From Thermoanaerobaculia bacterium (GTDB taxonomy: Bacteria; Acidobacteriota; Thermoanaerobaculia; Multivoradales; UBA5704), in assembly GCA_044226625.1 (NCBI GenBank), contig JBGAGQ010000085.1, positions 1-21,373 of the forward strand: a stretch of 21,373 bases of DNA, written 5' to 3'. The translations under genes and the position numbers were made by a program. Below, piece by piece: positions 8,448 to 16,362 of the stretch. The notes below the pieces were generated by a model. That model saw only the letters and a list, made by a program, of their open reading frames with translations. It made no database searches and was not told the DNA's origin. Within the stretch, counting starts at the first letter, position 1; every line of letters starts with the position of its first letter.

Positions 8448-10109
8448 TCAGCGAGCGCCGGCGGCCGCCTCGACCCACCAATCGCGGAGGTTCCAGAGCA
8501 TGTAGACGGGGCTGGGCTCCGCGTTCCGCAGGCGCCGGCTGATGCCCATCAGCCGCTTCGACTCCCAGAGGAAGGTCGCGGGCTGGTCGCGCGCGACGAT
8601 CCGCTCGACCTGACGGACGCGAGGCACCATCGCTTCGACGTCGCGCTGTTCGGCGGCCTCGTCGATCAGGCGGTCGACCTCCGGATTCGAGTAGCGCGCC
8701 AGATTGTTACCGTTGCCGATCGAGCGGGTGTGAAGGAGGGTCGTCAGGTCGAGGCTCGTATCCATCCCGAGACCCAGGATCACGCTGTCGTAATCCCCCT
8801 CGTCGAGCTTCGCGGCGAGCGAGTTGAATTCGATCACCCGCGGCACGGCCTCGATCCCGACGCTTTTCAGCTGCGCCTGGATCATGACCGACGCGTCGAT
8901 CCGCTGCTGGTTCCCCGCGTTGGTCGTCACCTCGAAGCGGAACGGACGCCCGTTGCGCTCCACCACCCCATCCCCGTTGCTGTCCCGGAAACCCTTCGCT
9001 GCGAGAATCTTTCGCGCTTCGGCCGGGTCGTACGGCAGCGGCTGGATCGCCTTGTCGTGGGCCCAGACGAAGGAAAGGATCGGCGAGACGGCCATCTGGG
9101 CGTACGAACCCCAGAGCGTGTCCACGATCTTCTCGCGGTCGATCGCGAGGGTCAGGGCCCGCCGGATCTCTGGATCGCCGAACAGCGGGCGCTGGTTGTT
9201 CCAGGCGATGAAGACGAAGTTGCGGAAGGGGATGGCCCGCAGCTCGAGCCCGGCGTCGCCCTCGATCCGCGGCGCGTCGGTCGGCTGCACGACGGTCGCG
9301 AAATCGACCTCGTGCGACAGCAGCTGCGCGACCTGGCTCGAAGATTCGGGGACGATGCGCAGCACCACCCGGTCGAGCCGGGGCCGGTGAGGCTGGAAAT
9401 AGCGCTCGTTCTTCTTGAGCACGATTTCCTGCTGAGGCTTCCAGGACTCCAGCAAGAACGGCCCACTGGTCACCAGATGCTCCCGGAACCAGTCGGCGCT
9501 CTTTCGCCATTCTCTGAACGGCAAGGTCGACCAGGCGTGCTTGGGCAGGATCGTTCCCTCGTTGATGTCGAGGAGCTGCTTGGCGTAGGTCCGCGAGAAA
9601 TGGAACCGGACGGTGTGCGGATCGACCACCTCGACATCGGTGATGAACCGCTTCGCGGTCGCTTCGGAGTACGCCACGTCCGGGCTGACATGAGCCTGCC
9701 ACGTGAATCGAACGTCGTCGGCGGTGACTGGAACGCCGTCGCTCCAGACCGCGTTCTCTTCCAGGTGGAAGGTGACCGTCTTGCGGTCGGCCGACCAGTC
9801 CCACGACTTGGCGAGCTGGGGCGCCATGGTCGGCGCGTGCTCGGCAAAGTCGGGCTGCTCGGCGACCAGATGGTCGAAGACTTGGAAGAGGACGTCGTTG
9901 TTGAGGTTCGACGAAGGAAGGATCGTCTCGTTCCAACCGGCGACGTCGTTGCTCCAGGCGATCGCGACGGTGCCGCCGTCCTGGGGCACGCCGCTCGCCG
10001 CGGAAGCTCCTGGCTCGTCGGCCGGCCGACATGAAACCCACGTCGGCGCCAGGAGGGCGAGCGAGGCCGCCGCGCGCAGCCAGGCGGAGACCGATCGTTT
10101 CTTCGTCAT
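8448..10109 (-). CDS. ABC transporter substrate-binding lipoprotein, family 5 (DppA/OppA-like)
   Basis: Signal peptide ending in Cys (…PTWVSC); PQLAKSW, WSDGVPVTADDVRFT, SGPF, IRRALTLAIDRE, YSNPEVDRLI. Confidence 0.93.
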   Translation of the reverse strand: MTKKRSVSAWLRAAASLALLAPTWVSCRPADEPGASAASGVPQDGGTVAIAWSNDVAGWNETILPSSNLNNDVLFQVFDHLVAEQPDFAEHAPTMAPQLAKSWDWSADRKTVTFHLEENAVWSDGVPVTADDVRFTWQAHVSPDVAYSEATAKRFITDVEVVDPHTVRFHFSRTYAKQLLDINEGTILPKHAWSTLPFREWRKSADWFREHLVTSGPFLLESWKPQQEIVLKKNERYFQPHRPRLDRVVLRIVPESSSQVAQLLSHEVDFATVVQPTDAPRIEGDAGLELRAIPFRNFVFIAWNNQRPLFGDPEIRRALTLAIDREKIVDTLWGSYAQMAVSPILSFVWAHDKAIQPLPYDPAEARKILAAKGFRDSNGDGVVERNGRPFRFEVTTNAGNQQRIDASVMIQAQLKSVGIEAVPRVIEFNSLAAKLDEGDYDSVILGLGMDTSLDLTTLLHTRSIGNGNNLARYSNPEVDRLIDEAAEQRDVEAMVPRVRQVERIVARDQPATFLWESKRLMGISRRLRNAEPSPVYMLWNLRDWWVEAAAGAR

Positions 10110-10148
10110 GGTAAGCCCCGAAGTTCCGAAGAGTTTCGAACCGCGGGC

Positions 10149-10157
10149 ATGCTAACA
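10149..10157 (-). promoter_or_regulatory. Putative extended -10 promoter of the ABC-queA operon (TGtTAGCAT)
   Basis: TGn-TAnnnT match between the hsp20 terminator and ATG 10109. Confidence 0.5.
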
Positions 10158-10177
10158 GACTGGCTCGCCCCGATACG

Positions 10178-10210
10178 AAAAAGCCCCACCCGCCCGGAGG
10201 CGGGTAGGGC
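10178..10210 (-). terminator. Rho-independent terminator of hsp20
   Basis: Minus strand reads GCCCTACCCGCC-TCCG-GGCGGGTGGGGC-TTTTT: a 12-bp stem with one G-U pair plus a U-tract, about 30 nt after the stop. Confidence 0.85.
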
Positions 10211-10241
10211 CGTCAAGGGACGTCAGAATCGGGGGGCCGGC

Positions 10242-10691
10242 TCAGGCGATCGCGATCTTGCGCGACTTCGCCTCTTCGGCTTTCGGGATTCGAACCGTGA
10301 GCACGCCGTCCTTGAACGACGCCTCCACCGCCTCCCCCTTGACGTTGTTCGGCAGGGTGAACGAGCGGGCGAAGGTACCGTAGGCCCGCTCGATTCGGTG
10401 GAAGTTCTCTTCCTTGACGTCCTTCTCGAATTTCCGCTCGCCGCGGACGGTGAGGACGTTGTTCTCGAGCGTGATGTCGACGTCCTCCCGAGAGAGGCCC
10501 GGGAGCTCGGCGTAGAGGGTCAAGGCGTCGGGCGTCTCGGCGACGTCGACCGCCGGCAGCCAGTTCCGGTTCGAGACTTCCTCACCCCGGACGACCGGCG
10601 TGAACAGATCGCCGAGCGCATCCTCGAAGAATCGGTTGAAACGGGTCCGGGCGACGTCGGCGGGGACCCAACGGCTGAGAGATCGCTGCAT
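10242..10691 (-). CDS. Small heat shock protein Hsp20/alpha-crystallin family
   Basis: WLPAVDV, AELPGL, LTVRGER, RIERAYGTFARSFTLP, FKDGVLTVRIPK; AAGGAGG SD upstream. Confidence 0.96.
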   Translation of the reverse strand: MQRSLSRWVPADVARTRFNRFFEDALGDLFTPVVRGEEVSNRNWLPAVDVAETPDALTLYAELPGLSREDVDITLENNVLTVRGERKFEKDVKEENFHRIERAYGTFARSFTLPNNVKGEAVEASFKDGVLTVRIPKAEEAKSRKIAIA

Positions 10692-10769
10692 GGCATCCTC
10701 CTTTTCAGTCTGCTCTTACGGTCTGGTTCACATTGCGCCACGTTCGCATCGGGCGCATTCGTGACACGA

Positions 10770-10797
10770 CAACGCTTATATTTTTCCCGTTATTCCC
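10770..10797 (-). promoter_or_regulatory. Putative ECF sigma (SigR/SigH-like) promoter of hsp20
   Basis: Minus strand GGGAAT-N18-GTTG, matching the GGAAT-N18-GTT consensus. Confidence 0.6.
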
Positions 10798-10853
10798 GTT
10801 GACATGAGTTTGTAGTCAGCAGATTTTTGCACCGGTCGATCTCGGCCTCGGGG

Positions 10854-10862
10854 TGCTATCCT
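10854..10862 (+). promoter_or_regulatory. Putative extended -10 promoter (TGcTATCCT) of the histidine kinase
   Basis: TGn-TAnnnT match 8 nt before ATG 10871; no SD present. Confidence 0.45.
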
Positions 10863-10870
10863 TTTTCGGG

Positions 10871-12376
10871 ATGACGAAGGTTCCCGCCTCGCTGACTTCG
10901 CGCCGGCTTCTCCTGGCCACCGTGGCCTTCGGGATCTTCCTTCTCCTGGACATCGCCCTCTTCGGATGGCTGATGTTTCGATCTCTTTCGGAGAGCGAGA
11001 TCCAGCGAGCGCTCGACGAGACCCGGACGGAGGCGGAAAACCTCGCGCGTCAGATCGCCAAGAACGCCGAGGTGCACAAGAATCTGTTCACCGCCCTCGC
11101 CGTCGAACGGGAAACCCAGACCTACATCGACTCGATCCTCGCCCGGCGCGAGATCGTGCGCACGGTCGAGATCCGCGATACCAACGGCGTCCTCGTCCTC
11201 CGCGACCAGCGCAAGACCCAGCTGTTCGGACCGAGCGGCCCTCTCGTCGGCTCGCCGGAGCTGCCGATTCCGCGAGGGACCCCCCGGCGGACCGTGACGG
11301 AACGGCGCTTCGAGTCGCCGGTGACCGCTTCCACGGACGTCGACGGAACCGATGCCCCGAACGTGCGGGTACCGATCGGCTCGCTCGGCGTCATCGAGAT
11401 CGGCATCTCGGAAAACGAGATCGCCAAACGGATCGGATCCCTACGCCTCCGCCTGATCCGCCAGACCGGCATGATCAGCGCCCTCACCATCGCTCTGATC
11501 GGCTCGGCCTACGCGATCATCGTGGTCCTGCTCCGCCGCGCGCGGCGGCTGGAGATCCAGGCCGAGGAAGCCGAGCGGCTGGCCTACATCGGCACGCTCG
11601 CCTCCGGCCTCGCGCACGAGATCCGCAATCCGCTCAACTCGCTCAGCCTCAACATGCAAATGCTCGAGGAGGAGATCGACGATCCCGCTTCGGCCTCGAC
11701 CGGCAAGCGCCTGCTCGCCATCACGCGGTCCGAGATCGGGCGCCTGGAGCGGCTGGTGACCGACTTCCTTTCCTATGCCAAGCCGCGGGCGCTCGACCAG
11801 ACCGAGCTGCCGGCCGTCGCCCTATGCGAGCGGGCCGTCGAAATCCTGGGCGGCGAGATCCAGCGCCGAGGAGCCGAGATCAGGGTCGAGGATCGGTCGG
11901 GAGGGGCCTCGATTCGGGTCGACCCGGCGCAGATGACCCAGCTCCTCCTCAACCTCGCCCAAAACGCGCTCGGGGCAACCGAAGAGCTGGCCCGGCGTCC
12001 GCTCCTCGAATTCATGGTGGACCTCGCCGAGCGGACGAACGGACGCTCCGACCGCTCGGAACCGAGACAGGTGAAGATCTCCGTCGCGGACAACGGCATC
12101 GGCATCCCGGGGGACGAGCTTCCGAAGGTGTTCGACCTGTTCTTTTCGACCCGCAAGGGGGGCACCGGCTTAGGGCTGGCGATCGTCGACCGGATCGCCC
12201 GGGCGCACGGCGGATCGGTCCGCATCGACAGCCGCCCGGGCGAGGGCACGACGGTGAGCGTCCTGCTTCCCCAGGCTCTTCCGGCGGCGGAGACCGCGAC
12301 CGCTTCGACCGGACGGTTCGGCAACGGCCGATCGGTTACCCCCCCGTCGTCTGCTCTTCGAACTCCTCCGGCGTGA
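10871..12376 (+). CDS. Membrane-bound sensor histidine kinase (HisKA + HATPase_c)
   Basis: Two hydrophobic segments; H-box LAHEIRNPL, N-box LLNLAQNA, G1 DNGIGI, F-box VFDLFFST, G2 GTGLGL. Confidence 0.93.
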   Translation: MTKVPASLTSRRLLLATVAFGIFLLLDIALFGWLMFRSLSESEIQRALDETRTEAENLARQIAKNAEVHKNLFTALAVERETQTYIDSILARREIVRTVEIRDTNGVLVLRDQRKTQLFGPSGPLVGSPELPIPRGTPRRTVTERRFESPVTASTDVDGTDAPNVRVPIGSLGVIEIGISENEIAKRIGSLRLRLIRQTGMISALTIALIGSAYAIIVVLLRRARRLEIQAEEAERLAYIGTLASGLAHEIRNPLNSLSLNMQMLEEEIDDPASASTGKRLLAITRSEIGRLERLVTDFLSYAKPRALDQTELPAVALCERAVEILGGEIQRRGAEIRVEDRSGGASIRVDPAQMTQLLLNLAQNALGATEELARRPLLEFMVDLAERTNGRSDRSEPRQVKISVADNGIGIPGDELPKVFDLFFSTRKGGTGLGLAIVDRIARAHGGSVRIDSRPGEGTTVSVLLPQALPAAETATASTGRFGNGRSVTPPSSALRTPPA

Positions 12377-12503
12377 CGAACAGAGGGAGCTCCTCGTTGC
12401 CGCACGCCGCGCAGACCGCCTCGACGATCCGCCCCCCTTCCCACTCGAAGACGTAGACCGGGCTTCCGCACTCCAAGCACATCATGTAATCGGGCATGTC
12501 CAT
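12336..12503 (-). CDS. Small hypothetical protein with two CxxC motifs (zinc-ribbon-like)
   Basis: MDMPDYMMCLECGSPVYVFEWEGGRIVEAVCAACGNEELPLFVTPEEFEEQTTGG; TATTCT -10-like element 6 nt upstream of the ATG. Confidence 0.7.
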   Translation of the reverse strand: MDMPDYMMCLECGSPVYVFEWEGGRIVEAVCAACGNEELPLFVTPEEFEEQTTGG

Positions 12504-12521
12504 GCCCTTAGAATAACCCCG

Positions 12522-12551
12522 TTGACCGCCCGAACGAGCCCGTGATAGGTT
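12522..12551 (+). promoter_or_regulatory. Putative housekeeping-sigma promoter of the rplU operon
   Basis: TTGACC-N18-TAGGTT with an extended TG (TGaTAGGTT), about 43 nt before the rplU ATG. Confidence 0.6.
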
Positions 12552-12594
12552 CCGCCGTCCACGCGTCCCCGAGGCGCCAAGGGAGTTTCCTACT

Positions 12595-12915
12595 ATGTAT
12601 GCGGTGATCGAAAGCGGTGGCAAACAGTACCGCGTCGCCCCGGGCGACGTCGTCGAGGTCGAATTGACCGGAGCCGAAGGGGACACCCTGGAGCTCGATC
12701 GGGTTTTGATGGTCTCGGGAGACGAAGGCGTCCAGGTGGGACAGCCGACCGTCGCCGGAGCCAAGGTACGCGCCTCTCTGCTAGGCCAGGTTCGGGGCCC
12801 CAAGATCCGGGTCTTCAAGTCGAAGCGGCGCAAGGGTTACCGGCGGACCAACGGTCACCGCCAGAACCTGCTGCGCCTCCGGATCGACGGCATCGACCTG
12901 CCGTCGAACAGCTAA
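12595..12915 (+). CDS. rplU: 50S ribosomal protein L21
   Basis: MYAVIESGGKQYRV … KRRKGYRRTNGHRQ. Confidence 0.98.
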   Translation: MYAVIESGGKQYRVAPGDVVEVELTGAEGDTLELDRVLMVSGDEGVQVGQPTVAGAKVRASLLGQVRGPKIRVFKSKRRKGYRRTNGHRQNLLRLRIDGIDLPSNS

Positions 12916-12948
12916 GCGCGCATCTAAAGCGAGGCACAGGAGAAGGTC

Positions 12949-13230
12949 ATGGCGCATAAGAAAGGTCAGGGCTCGACTCGCAACGGTCGCGACTCGAACC
13001 CGCAGTATCTGGGGATCAAGCGCTTCGGCGGTGAAGAGGTGAGCGGCGGCTCGATCCTCGTCCGTCAGCGCGGTACCAAGTTCTTCCCCGGCACCAACGT
13101 GGGCCGCGGCAAGGACGACACGCTGTTCGCCAAGATCGGCGGCGTGGTCAAGTTTCAGGATCGCGGCAGGCACGGACGGTACGTCCATGTCCTCCCGGCG
13201 ACGGCCGAAAACGCCTCCGGCGAGTCGTAA
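12949..13230 (+). CDS. rpmA: 50S ribosomal protein L27
   Basis: [33 protein letters not shown]; AGGAG SD. Confidence 0.98.
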   Translation: MAHKKGQGSTRNGRDSNPQYLGIKRFGGEEVSGGSILVRQRGTKFFPGTNVGRGKDDTLFAKIGGVVKFQDRGRHGRYVHVLPATAENASGES

Positions 13231-13323
13231 AGACCTCGAACCGGCGCGGCTCGGGGGGTTACCCGGCGCGCCGCTCATGGGTCTCCTTCGGCAAACGTTT
13301 CACTCGACCCGAACCACCCCACC

Positions 13324-14394
13324 TTGATCTTCGTCGACGAGTGCACCATCCACGTCCTCGGTGGACGGGGTGGCAACGGCTGTCTCGCGTTCCGCCGGGA
13401 GAAGTACGTCCCCAAGGGGGGACCCTCGGGCGGCGACGGCGGCCATGGCGGCTCGGTTTATCTGGTCGGCGACGAGGCGAAGAACACCCTCTACCACCTG
13501 AGCTTCGTGGCGCAATTCGCGGCGCAGCGCGGGCGGCACGGAGAGGGACAGAACAAAACCGGCAAGACCGGCGCGGACCTCGAGATCGAGGTGCCGCTCG
13601 GAACCCAGGTCTACGATCGGGAGACCGGCGAGCCGGTGGGTGAGGTCCTCGCCCACGGCGAACGGCTCCGCGTCGCGGCGGGAGGGCGGGGAGGCAAGGG
13701 CAACGCCCGCTTCGCGACCGCCACCGACCAGGCCCCGCGGCGGGCCGACCCGGGCACCGAGGGGGAAGATCGCCGCCTCCGGTTGGAGCTCAAGCTGCTC
13801 GCCGACGCGGGCGTGGTCGGACTTCCGAACGCCGGAAAATCCACGCTCATCAGCACCATCTCGGCGGCTCGCCCGAAGATCGCCGACTACCCCTTCACCA
13901 CCCTGGTCCCCCAGCTCGGCGTCGTCGCCCTGGGTGACGAAACCGAGCCGTTCGTGATCGCCGATCTGCCCGGACTGATCGCCGGCGCTTCGGAAGGCGC
14001 GGGACTCGGGCTCCAGTTCCTGCGCCACGTCGACCGCTGCCGGGCGCTGGTTCATCTGGTCGATTTGTCCGCCCCCGGGAGCGCTCGAGACGACCTCGAG
14101 GTCGTCGAACGCGAGCTCCGCGCATTCGATCCGGAGCTGCTGGAGCGGCCGCGATTCCTGGTCGGGAGCAAAGCGGATTCCGCCACGCCGGAACGCCGGA
14201 CCGAGCTCGAAGCGGCGGCTGCCGCGGAGAAGGTGCCGTATTTCGAGATCAGCTCGGCTACGGGCCAGGGAGTGCGCCCGTTGGTGCAGGCGCTCTCCCG
14301 TCATCTGGCGGCGAACAAGACGAAGGGAACGGCCCTTTCGAGCTCGGCGGGTGCCGGCGAATACCGCAATCCCCCGCCGGATCTCGAGCCATGA
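13324..14394 (+). CDS. obgE: GTPase ObgE/CgtA
   Basis: FVDE, FRREKYVPKGGPSGGDGG, GLPNAGKST, ADYPFTTL, DLPGLI; TTG start. Confidence 0.97.
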   Translation: MIFVDECTIHVLGGRGGNGCLAFRREKYVPKGGPSGGDGGHGGSVYLVGDEAKNTLYHLSFVAQFAAQRGRHGEGQNKTGKTGADLEIEVPLGTQVYDRETGEPVGEVLAHGERLRVAAGGRGGKGNARFATATDQAPRRADPGTEGEDRRLRLELKLLADAGVVGLPNAGKSTLISTISAARPKIADYPFTTLVPQLGVVALGDETEPFVIADLPGLIAGASEGAGLGLQFLRHVDRCRALVHLVDLSAPGSARDDLEVVERELRAFDPELLERPRFLVGSKADSATPERRTELEAAAAAEKVPYFEISSATGQGVRPLVQALSRHLAANKTKGTALSSSAGAGEYRNPPPDLEP

Positions 14395-14993
14395 AGATCG
14401 GGCTGTTCGGAGGCAGCTTCGACCCGATCCACGCCGGCCACGTCGAAACCGTCCAGGGGGCGCGGCGCGCGCTCGGCCTCGACCGGGTGCTCTACCTTCC
14501 CACCGCGCAACCGCCCCATAAACCGGGTCGAAAGCTCGCTCCGGCTCTCTCTCGGTACGCCATGGTCGAGCTGGCGTTGCTCGCGGAAGAAGGTCTTTAC
14601 GCCTCGCCGTTCGAGCTGACGTTCGGACGCCCCGCTTACACGATCGACTCGCTCGAGCATTTCCGGCGGAGCTATCCCGACGACGAGCTCCACCTGCTGA
14701 TCGGCGGCGATTCCTTTCTCGAGCTCGAGTCCTGGTGGCGATGGCGAGAGATCGCCGAGATCGCTCACCTGGTCGTCCTCTCCCGGCCGGGCTCCGATCT
14801 GGAAGCCGAGCGGCTTTCTCCGGCGCTCGCCGACCTGATGCGCTCCGGGCGGGCGAAACTGCTCACCGAGCGACGGGTCGACCTCGCTTCGACCGAGCTT
14901 CGACAGCTGCTCGGCCGCGGCGAGACGCCGCCTCAGGGCGCCCTCTCCCCCTTGGTGCTAGACTACATTTCGAAGTACGACCTCTACCGATGA
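14391..14993 (+). CDS. nadD: Nicotinate-nucleotide adenylyltransferase
   Basis: GLFGGSFDPIHAGH, PPHK, YTID, LIGGD, STELR; ATGA overlap with obgE. Confidence 0.95.
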   Translation: MKIGLFGGSFDPIHAGHVETVQGARRALGLDRVLYLPTAQPPHKPGRKLAPALSRYAMVELALLAEEGLYASPFELTFGRPAYTIDSLEHFRRSYPDDELHLLIGGDSFLELESWWRWREIAEIAHLVVLSRPGSDLEAERLSPALADLMRSGRAKLLTERRVDLASTELRQLLGRGETPPQGALSPLVLDYISKYDLYR

Positions 14994-15412
14994 CGATCGA
15001 AACGCAGACCGCCCCTCCCCCCGTTTCCACCTTGGACCGAGTCCGGACCGCCGTCGCCGCCGCCGAGGGGCGCAAGGCGGTGGATCTGCGCGTGCTCCAC
15101 CTCGGAAAGGTCTCCGACTTCACCGAGTACTTCGTGGTCTGCGGCGGCACCAACGAGCGACAGGTGCAGGCGATCGCCGACGCGGTCGAGATGGACCTTC
15201 GCAGCCAGGGCGTACGCCCCCTCCACGTCGAAGGATTGCAGCGCGGCCAGTGGGTCCTGCTCGACTATGGCGACCTGATCGTCCACGCGTTTCTCGAGGA
15301 GCCGCGCCGCTACTACGCGCTCGAGCGCCTCTGGTCCGACGCGCCCGACGTCACGGCCTCGTTCCGTAACGCGGACGCTCCGCAGGCCGGATCCGAGACC
15401 GCCGTCTCGTGA
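14990..15412 (+). CDS. rsfS: Ribosome silencing factor
   Basis: KAVDLRVL, YFVVCGG, RQVQAIAD, WVLLDYGDLIVH, YYALERLW; ATG 14990 overlaps the nadD stop. Confidence 0.95.
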   Translation: MTIETQTAPPPVSTLDRVRTAVAAAEGRKAVDLRVLHLGKVSDFTEYFVVCGGTNERQVQAIADAVEMDLRSQGVRPLHVEGLQRGQWVLLDYGDLIVHAFLEEPRRYYALERLWSDAPDVTASFRNADAPQAGSETAVS

Positions 15413-16335
15413 ACGCCGCGGGCTCGCCGCTCGCGCTTTCCCGCTTCCTCCGCTATACCGATCTCTCTTTGGCGCTCGCCGGCGCCGAACGGGCCGCGCG
15501 CTCGAACGCCCCGATCCTTGTCCTCGGTGAGCCCGGCACCGGCCGTACCGCTCTCGCGCGCGCGTTTCATGCCGCGAGCGACCGGGCGCGCGGGCCGCTG
15601 ATCGAGGTCGACGCGGGCGGCATTCCGACGACGCTGTTCGAGAGCGAGCTGTTCGGCGTCCGGCGCGGAGCGTTTACGGGCGCCGACCGGACGGTCGCCG
15701 GCCGCGTCGAGCTCGCGCAAGGCGGGAGCCTCCTTCTCGATCGCGTCGAGGGGATGCCGCTCGCGGTCCAGGGCAAGTTACTGCGCCTGCTCGCCGAAAG
15801 CCGCTTCGCCCCCCTGGGCGGAGCGGAGAAAGAGGCTGACGTGCGCTTTTTAGCGACCGGCCCCCACGATCTCGCCGAGCGCGCCGAGCGGGGCACCTTT
15901 CGACCGGACCTCTTCTTCCGCCTGGACGTGTTGAGCTTTCGCCTCCCTCCGCTCGCCGCCCGGCGGGCTGACCTTCCCACCTTGATCGACGAACAGCTCG
16001 CCGACCTCTCCGAGCGCCTCGGCCGCGAGAGCCCCGGAATCTCCGCGCGGGCGCGCGGCTGGATGGTGGCCTATCCTTGGCCAGGGAACCTGCGCGAGCT
16101 TCGCAACGTCCTCGAGCGCAGCCTGATCGCCGCGAGCCCCGGCGCGGGCGCGCTCGATCCGCAGCCTCCTCCGGGGACGCGCGGCGAACGTCCGCGCACG
16201 CTCGACGAGATCGAGGTCGAGGAAATCCGCCGCGCTCTGGCCTACGCCCGGGGTCACCAGGGGTACGCCGCGGAGCTGCTCGGCATCTCGCGGAAATCGC
16301 TTTGGGAGCGGCGCAAACGGTACGGGATCCCCTGA
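15409..16335 (+). CDS. Sigma54 interaction (AAA+) domain protein with Fis-type HTH, lacking an N-terminal regulatory domain
   Basis: ESELFG, GAFTGA, QGKLLRLL, FRPDLFFRL, WPGNLRELRN, AAELLGISRKSLW; GTGA overlap with rsfS. Confidence 0.9.
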   Translation: MNAAGSPLALSRFLRYTDLSLALAGAERAARSNAPILVLGEPGTGRTALARAFHAASDRARGPLIEVDAGGIPTTLFESELFGVRRGAFTGADRTVAGRVELAQGGSLLLDRVEGMPLAVQGKLLRLLAESRFAPLGGAEKEADVRFLATGPHDLAERAERGTFRPDLFFRLDVLSFRLPPLAARRADLPTLIDEQLADLSERLGRESPGISARARGWMVAYPWPGNLRELRNVLERSLIAASPGAGALDPQPPPGTRGERPRTLDEIEVEEIRRALAYARGHQGYAAELLGISRKSLWERRKRYGIP

Positions 16336-16362
16336 GGGGAGCCCGCCGAGAAAATGCCGAAT

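Noticed and set aside
10692-10727. RNA thermometer (ROSE/fourU) or CIRCE at hsp20
   Set aside because: No anti-SD U-rich or U(U/C)GCU pairing with AGGAGG, and no TTAGCACTC-N9-GAGTGCTAA.
10799-10804. Perfect TTGACA on the plus strand (also at 17523-17528)
   Set aside because: No convincing -10 hexamer at 16-18 nt spacing in either case.
12552-12594. L21 leader RNA
   Set aside because: The leader is short and shows no structure I can match to the Firmicutes L21 leader.
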